From a virus (Duplodnaviria > Caudoviricetes), in IMG/VR virus record IMGVR_UViG_3300036770_001422, positions 1-61,044 of that record: a stretch of DNA of 61,044 bases, one strand, 5' to 3'. The position numbers and the translations under genes are program-made. Positions 50,701 through 59,700 of the stretch are shown piece after piece. Numbering within the stretch: position 1 is the first letter of the stretch; the number at the start of each line of letters is the position of its first letter. The notes under the pieces are model-generated. The model was not told the origin of the DNA and ran no database searches. It saw only the letters and a list, made by a program, of their open reading frames with translations.

Positions 50701-53700
50701 GGACAACGTACAAGAATGGTCGAGAGAAATCAAATATACTAAAGGCTCAATCGTACTTTACAAAAACAAATATTGGACAGCGTTAAAGATTATTCAGCCA
50801 AGTAATGTTTTCAATGAAACCGACTGGAAAGAAACTGAATACAATGAAATTCAAAAAGGTTTATTACCAAACAGTAGTACAAGAAGTTATGAAAGTGCAT
50901 TGTACTATGATGTAAATAAGGCAAACCTTGAACAAGATGCTGATCTATTAAGTTTTAGTTTGATTGGATATCGTCCAAGAGATTATCTAGCGTTAGCAGA
51001 CCTTACAGATATTACACAGATTAATGTTTATAAAAACTTAATCAAAAACAAAGGTACACGTAATGCAGTTGAAGCGTTCCGCGGCGCAAACTTGCCACAG
51101 GGCGGTATCGACTACGAAGTTTATGAAAATTGGGCAATCAAGTCAGGACAGTTTGGTAGCATAACAAATAATAACTTTATTGAATTTAAAGTTAACCAAG
51201 AGTATATGACTGCTAACCCATCGTTAGTTAGTTTAATTAATGGTCCCTCAGTAGCATCAGTACAGCAAGAAGTTCCAGTATACAATTTGTTTAACTACAG
51301 TGTTCCTGTACAAAATCCAAATATCTTAGCAACAATTCCTAAGAATGCACCTGCAAAATTATATCCAGATGCAGGATATGTGAACTTCAACGATGTGAAA
51401 ATGAGTTCATATTTCTACTCAGGATTATCTAGTGCAGTTAATAAGAATGGTCAAGTCGTACCTATACAAGATTTCTATGTAAGAAATTATGTTTGGTTAG
51501 CAGACTATCTAGCAAAATGGCAAGTGTTCACTCCTGTACAAAATGGTAGAGTAGTAGGAGCAAGAACTAATCCTAATGGTACGACAACAATTACATTTGC
51601 AGAACCTCATAACTTAACTAAGTTAGATCCTTTTGCAATCATTAATTTCAATTCTAATGTTGATGGTTATTACTTTGTTGTTGAAGTTGTAAACTTATTT
51701 GAAGTTTTAATTAATTTAACTTTCTTAACTAATGAAGGTCAACTTAACGGCGAAGGTATAGCAGTTAGATTCCAATCACAAAGAGTTGATAGTCCTTCTG
51801 ACATTGCTAATCTACCACTGTTGGATAGCGAATTTATTAAAAACACTGTTTGGGTCGATGAGAATAGTGATGGTAACTGGGCAGTTTATCGCAAGTCTAT
51901 CAACTATCAATATGATAGAGAAGTTACCAAAGCCGGTTCAAGCACATATGGTAGCGCAGTTGCATATACCCCTAGAATAGGGTATCTGTTCAGTGACGCT
52001 GGTTTAGGTGAAGTTTATCGTTACGTACTTAATGGTTTAACTCAAGAGTATGATGTCATACAAACACTATCGGGTAATACAAGTTTTGGTTCACAAGTAT
52101 TGATTGTTGACAATACAATTTTTGTATCAGAACCAACTAGTGGCACTCCTAAAGTTTATGTTTATTATGTAAACGATAGCATATTGTCTGACGATATTAT
52201 TACATATCAATCTCCTATCAGTGCTCCAATTGGAGTAACAAATTGGGGAAGTGCATTATCAGCGTCAGCCGATGGTAATTGGTTATATGTATCAGATGTT
52301 GATAACAACAAAGTATATGTTTACAGACGCCAAAGTTTTGAAGTAGATGCAGGTTATTTAACTGTAGGCAAAACTTATGCAATCACTGAAGTAGGTGATA
52401 CTGATTTTGCCGCAATAAGCACAACTCCTACAACAACACTAAATCAAATTGGTGAAGTGTTTGTCGCAAGTGGCACAGGCACAGCAGGTGAAACAGGTCG
52501 TGCAAGACAAATTAACTATGAATTAGTTAACATCATTGACGGATCAACATTAGGTTTAACCGCCGGCGATAACTTTGGTCATTCTATATCTACTGATTAT
52601 AACGGTGATACTTTAGTAATTGGTGCTCCTTATATTGACTATAGTGGTTCAATATTGAATTGGGGTAAAGCATACGTATATCAAAGAACCGCGCAAACGT
52701 TTGAAGCACAATTAAACACAACTGGATTACAAACATTTGGCCTAGCATGGACCGCTTCAACATTAAACTCAGCAACCACACAAATATATGCATCAAATCA
52801 GATTGGTGTAAACGTAGACTTTACTGGTTATGAAAATAAGCCAATAGTATTCAGTGGTTCTAATTTTGGTAGCACAGGTTTACAGGCAAATAAGACTTAC
52901 TATATTGATACAGTTGTAAGTGCAACTAGAATAACAGTTAAAGAATCACGTTCAAGTTCTACCGCAGTTACATTAACACCAGAAGCAAGTTTAACTATTA
53001 ATGGATATCTACAGTTAGAACCATTATATGTAACAGTTAACGGAACCTTAATTAGCGATGACAATTACAGTGTAATTGGTTCTATATTCAACTATACAGC
53101 ACCATTAAAAGCAGGTGACATTATTAATATAAGTGGCGACCAGTTTACATTAATGCAAACACTAACCACTAATAATACTCCTAGAGTTGGTGTTCAATAT
53201 GGTTATAGTGTGGCAGTTAATAATAAAGGTACAGATGTATTAGTTGGTGCGCCATTTGACCTGTCTGACGTAAATGAAGAAGGCGGTGTTTACAGATACA
53301 CTAATGGTGGAAGTAAATATGGTATCGTAATAGGTACTGAAGATGTCAATGTTACTACAAATAGAGTTTTATTAATTAATGGTTATAGCGTAACTATTCC
53401 ACCTGGCAATGCTACTGTTGCAGCCAATGCAATTATACAAGAAAAAATTACTAACATAACTGCTGCGGCACAGAATGACAAACTTATCATTCAAGTTATA
53501 AACAGCGACTTAGCACAGCCCAATGAAAAATTATTAATTTCGGCAGTAGATACTAACACACTCACTGAGTTAGGAATTCAAGTTTATACAGAGACTCAAG
53601 TTATCAGATGCCCACATTCAGAAGGTCCAACACAGTTTGGCAACAACATTAAATTTAATGAGTTAAACTCTGTTGTGATTAGTGCTCCAGTTGGCACAAG

Positions 53701-56700
53701 ATTTGCAGGTACACGTTTTGATTTCAGCGATGACGAAACATTAGAAAACGATACGATATTTGACAATAATGCAACACAGTTTGTAGACACAAGTCCAAAC
53801 TGCGGTGCAGTTTATATGTTTGACTATTTGGCAAACTATAATGAAAGTTTAAGTGATCCTGGTCAATATGTATATGCTCAAAGCACTAATAACTTAAATA
53901 TTAACTATGGATATAGTCCGTTATATGGTCAAGCATTAGCATTCTCTAACAACAGAGTATTAGTTGGTTCACCTAACTTCTTACCAGGAGCATATAATGG
54001 TCAAGTTGTTGTATATATTAATGCTACCGGCGAAGCAGATTGGTCAGTTTATAGAGAGTCTAGCCCAATAGTAGACATTAATAAAGTTAAGAACATACAA
54101 TTGTTTAGTGCAGAAACTAACAATACATTAATTAATCTTGATTATATTGATCCGTTACAGGGCAAAATTTTAGGTGCATGTAGAGAAAACATTAATGTAG
54201 TTTCAAACAATGACCCTGCAAGATATAACAGTACTGAAGCAGATCAACCTGGAATGACATGGGGATCAAAACAAGTTGGACAATTATGGTTTGATACTAC
54301 GAACGTTCGCTTTGTAAACTATCATCAAAATGATGATGCTAATTATAATGCAAAATATTGGGGAACAGTATTCCCAGGCAGTGACGTTGCAGTTTACAGT
54401 TGGGTATCAAGTAATGTTCCACCAAACTTGTATATAGGTCCAGGCACTCCATATGATATTACGTTGTTTTCAACACAAGATATTTTAAGTGCATCTGATG
54501 TAGTTACTCCTGTTTACTTCTTTTGGGTAAGAAATACTAATGTAATCTTTAGAAAAGAAGGTAAAACATTATCAGATAGCATTATCGAAACATACATTGC
54601 TAACCCAAAGAATTCAGGTATTAGTTTCTTTGCACCATTATTACAAAATGTATACGCAATATATAATTGCGGTCAATACTATAATGCAAACGATTCAGTA
54701 TTGCATATTGGATATTCAAATGGTAGAGGAGATGATTTAGGTCATAATGAATTTACTCTTATTAGAGCAAACTATGCTGACGACTTCTTACCAGGATTAC
54801 CAAACGAATTATTAACACATGGTTTTGATGCAAACATTCATGGCAATACACCTGCAGGTAATAACAGACCTGAATCATTATATGATAGAATGCTAGACAG
54901 TTTAGCAGGTGTAGATGAAACAGGAGAAGTTGTTCCTAATCCTTGGTTACCAAAGGCTGTGCAATCAGGTGTATTAGCAAGACCAAGACAAAGTTTCTTC
55001 TTTGATAGATTTGAAGCATTAAAGAATTATCTAACATATGCTAATGAAGTATTAGCACAGTTCCCAATCTCTGAGACAAGAAGAAACGCAAGTTTCTTAT
55101 TTGCAGAAGGTGAATTCTTTAATACTACCGACTATTGGGAATATGTAAACTGGTGGGCAACTGGATATGACAATAACACTAAATCAGCGTTACAAGTTCC
55201 TATCTATGCAGACTTAGCAACATTAAATGTACCAGTTAATACAATTGTAACAGTTAATACAAACGGTGATGGTAAATTTGAAGTTTATCGTTATGATGGT
55301 GAAGGTGTTTGGACTAGAATAGGTCTACAACAAGGTACAATTCAGTTTAAATTATACCTATGGGATTACGCTGCCGGCAAGACTGGTTTCGGAGATAACT
55401 TCTTTGATACAAGTGCATACGATGAATTCCCAAGTGAAGAAACACGTTACATTATTCGTGCATTGAACGAACAGATTTATACGGATGAGTTATTGATATT
55501 CAGAAACAAGTCATTAATACTATTGTTTGAATACATTCAAAGTGAAACTGACGAATCACAAAATTATTTACCATGGTTAAACAAAACTTCATTGGTTGAT
55601 GTGGCACACAAGATTCGTGAACTACGCCCTATCGAAGTATTCCAAAGTGATAATCAAGATTTCTTAGCAGGCTATATTAATGAAGTAAAACCTTATCACG
55701 TTGTTGTTAAAGAATTTGTATTCAAATATACAGGTGAAGAAATATTTGAAGGTAATATCACTGACTTTGATTTACCTGCAACATATAACACATCATTAGA
55801 AAAATATATTACTCCTGAATTGGTACAAACTAATGTATCATCAGATAGCCAATATTTACCAACCAATCCAATTTGGCAAACACAACCATATAATCAATGG
55901 TTCCAAAATAGAGGTGTAACAATTGGTGGACAAACTGAGTTTGAAATCACAATATTAACTTCATATCTAACGTTAGGTACAAGATTTTTAATTGTAGATA
56001 ATGCACAAGGTTTCCCAATCAATGGCGTATTACAAATTGGTGAAGAGTTAATAAGTTATTCATATGTTGACAGAGCAACTAATACAATCAGTGGATTGGT
56101 TAGAGGTTACAACAATACACCTATAACAGATCATATTCCTGGTGAGAAAATCTTTATTGACTTACCACCAGTAATTGTATTAAATGGCGGTAGAGGTTAT
56201 ATTGACCCACCAAGAGTAATTGCTTATGTTGATGAAGCATTATACGGGGCACCATTAAGACCGGCTGTGCTTGAAGCAGTAATGACATTGGACTCAGTAT
56301 TACAGATTAATGTTATTGATCCGGGTCAAGGATATCCTGTATTACCTGAGATTAGAATTGATCCAGCACTACAGATTATTTTTACAAGTGCAGACGTTAA
56401 CACATTAACTAATACAATTAGATTGTATGCGCCTAACTTACGTACAGGGGATTTAATTCAGTACAGAAAAGGTGAAATAGGTGGTGCTGTTGGTGGATTA
56501 GTTGATAGACAGTGGTACTATGTAAATCTATTAGAAAGTGATCCAACTGCGGTTATAGCGTTGTATTCAAGTTACGGCGATGCATTAAATGATAGAGATA
56601 GAATTCAAATTTATACTGATGGCACTGGTAGTGATCATACATTGAATTTGGGTGCTAAAGCAAGTGCCATAACAAGTGCAAGCCCTGTACGTGAAAACAA

Positions 56701-59700
56701 TATCAAATTACGTTTTGATAGAACAACATATACTTCACAAGTACAAGATTGGGAAGCAGGTCAATATTATGGTGCTTTCTTTGCAGGAAGTTATTCTAAT
56801 AGCGAGAAAGTTGCAAGTAGTAATGTTCTATTATATTCAACTCAACCGCCTATTGGAGATATCCTAGCATCAGCTCAAGGTGTAGCATTTGAAATTGCTA
56901 GTGTTGTAAATGATAGAAATCTTACTTGGTCAAGTTTTGTTCGTACAGTTGATAGCACTGTAGCAACAGGAAGTTTAATTAGATTAACACCGTACGATGA
57001 TGGAGCAGGTGATCCAAACAGTTCAGGATCAACCATAGGTTTCTATGTAGGAATGCCTATTAAGTTTAGTGGTCAAATTCCTAGCCCATTAACAATAGAT
57101 ACAATTTATTATGTACATAGCGTAGTTAATATTACTGATTTCACCGTATCTGCAACTGAAGGTGGACCTCAGTTAACAGGATTCAGTAATGTTTCAATTG
57201 CCACTATACCTGGCGCATTTGCATATGCAGGTCAAGTTGTAGATACCGCAGTATTGACTGTAAATTATCCGGGTATCTTAACTGCTACTGCAACACAAGC
57301 AGGATCAAATACTATTACAGTACCATTAACCGATATAGGTACTGGTGGTACTATTGGTTTCTATGTTGGATTACCGTTGTTCTTTACTGGAACAGTATAC
57401 GGTGGTGTAACACAAAATCAAGTATACTACGTTACAACTATTGTTGACAATGAAACATTTACAATGTCAGAATCATCTGACCCATTGATGTTAAGCGTTA
57501 CTGCTACAACTACTGGAACAGATATTATTACCATTGAATCAAATGATGATTTAACTATAAATGAACCTGTTATCTTTAATGAAATGCAAGTTGCAGGCGC
57601 AGACGTTACATCATTTGGTGGATTGGTATCTGGAACAACATACTATGTTGCAGAAATAGTAAGTGCTACACAGATCAAAGTATCTGCTACAATTAATGGC
57701 ACTATATTCTCATTGTCTACAGTATCCTCAGCGTCAGATACAGGATGTACATTAACTAGTCAAATAAACACACTACCATTAATTACTGCAACTGGAGCAA
57801 TGACAGTCAATGTTTCATTACCAGTAAGCCCAGGTCAAGTAAATGGTCAACAGTTTATATTGTACGAAACATCAGGTCAGTATGCAAACATTAGCGTACC
57901 TGGTAGCGATATTAGTAACTTAATTGAAAGAACATTAACAGCAACGTTAGATAATGATAAAGTTGGTATTAAACTTTCAACCGGCGGCGTAGATAATTTC
58001 TACTACAACATGCCTATACAAGTTGAAACTCCACCTGCAGGTTCAAATTTAACTGCAGGAACAACATATTATGTTGTAGAGTATACTGGTATGGAAGATC
58101 CATTGAATCCAGGAGAGTACTTTACTAAATTAGAAACAGAAGTTTATAGTACAGATGGTTCTTATAATATATTGAACTGTGATAGCACTGATAATTTATA
58201 TATTGGTATGCCAATTATATTCACTGGTCAATCCTTAGGTGGAATTGTTATTAGTGATGAATACTATGTAAGATATTTTGTAACTGACGCGGGTAGTTTT
58301 GTAGTAGGCAAATCATATACAATTGAAGTACCGGGTACAACAGACTTTACATTAATTGGCGCGGCAGATAACAATCCAGGAACAACATTTACTGCTACTG
58401 GAGTAGGTACTGGAACTGGTACAGCATACGGTGAGTATCCAAGCGTAGGTGGAACTAAATTTAAGATATCTGCTATTAAGGGTGGATCTGTTAAAACACT
58501 TACAACTGCTAATGGATTAATGACAGGCACCGGCGATCCATATGTTAAATTATCATTGTCATCAAGCGGTTCTCCTGAAGATTTAGATTATACTAATACA
58601 GAATTTAACTTAGTTCAATTCCCAAGTTCAAGTGAAGCGATACCTGTTTTACCCGTGTTCGATGTAAGTTATATTTTGGGTGGGTATAGAGTATTAATTA
58701 CTAATGGTGGATATGGTTTTGCAATTGACAATCAATTAGTAATACCGGGTAATGAATTGGGTGGAGTAACACCGGGCAATGATTTAACTATGATTGTTAA
58801 TACTATCGATGCTACTGGTGCTATTACTGACGTTATCTGTTCAGGTACAGTACCCGGATTGAGTGAGAGATATTACTTAAAAGTTATATCTCCAAACCAA
58901 TTCGAAGTATACTCTGATCCATTGATGCAAGTTCCAGTGAGTGGTATTGATTTCCCATTTGTTGGTTTCACAACAACTACAGCAACAGATGTTACAGCAT
59001 CTAATGATAGAGTTACTGTAACAAGTTCAACAGATTTTGATATTAATGATGCAGTAGTGTTTACAGGAACAATGTTCTCGTCTGAGATTACATTGGGTCA
59101 AACATATTACATATATGACAAGCCAACATCAACAACTGTTCGCTTAACAACCAATCCAGGTGGTTCAATAATTAATTTTGCAAGCAATGCTAGTGGTTCT
59201 ATGCTAATGACCAAAGCAGGAAGTTTTGCATTGTTACCAGAACCATTCTATTTCAATCAAAGCGTTGTCAAGTTCAATAACAGAGTTTATATCTGCGTAG
59301 TAAGTAACAATGACGACGAATTTATATTTGGTAAGTGGGAATTACTAGATCCTGCTGACCGTAGATTGAATGCGTTAGATAGAACAATTGGTTACTATCA
59401 ACCAACAGACAATATGCCTGGTGTTGATCTAACTCAACTATACACTGGTATTACATATCCAAATTCAACATATTTAGGTAATCCGTTTGCGCCAGCAGAA
59501 CAATACACATTAGACACCGTATTACAAGGTCAAGAATTCTATCCAACTGAAGTTGATGTAACTTCTGTTATATGGAATGGTACAAACTATCTAGCAGCCG
59601 CTAATATACCTACATACTCAGCAGTATTAGGAAGTTCTACTGGAGACAGTTGGGCAATTGCTAAGTTAACAAATGTTGGAATAGGTGCAACCGATATAAT

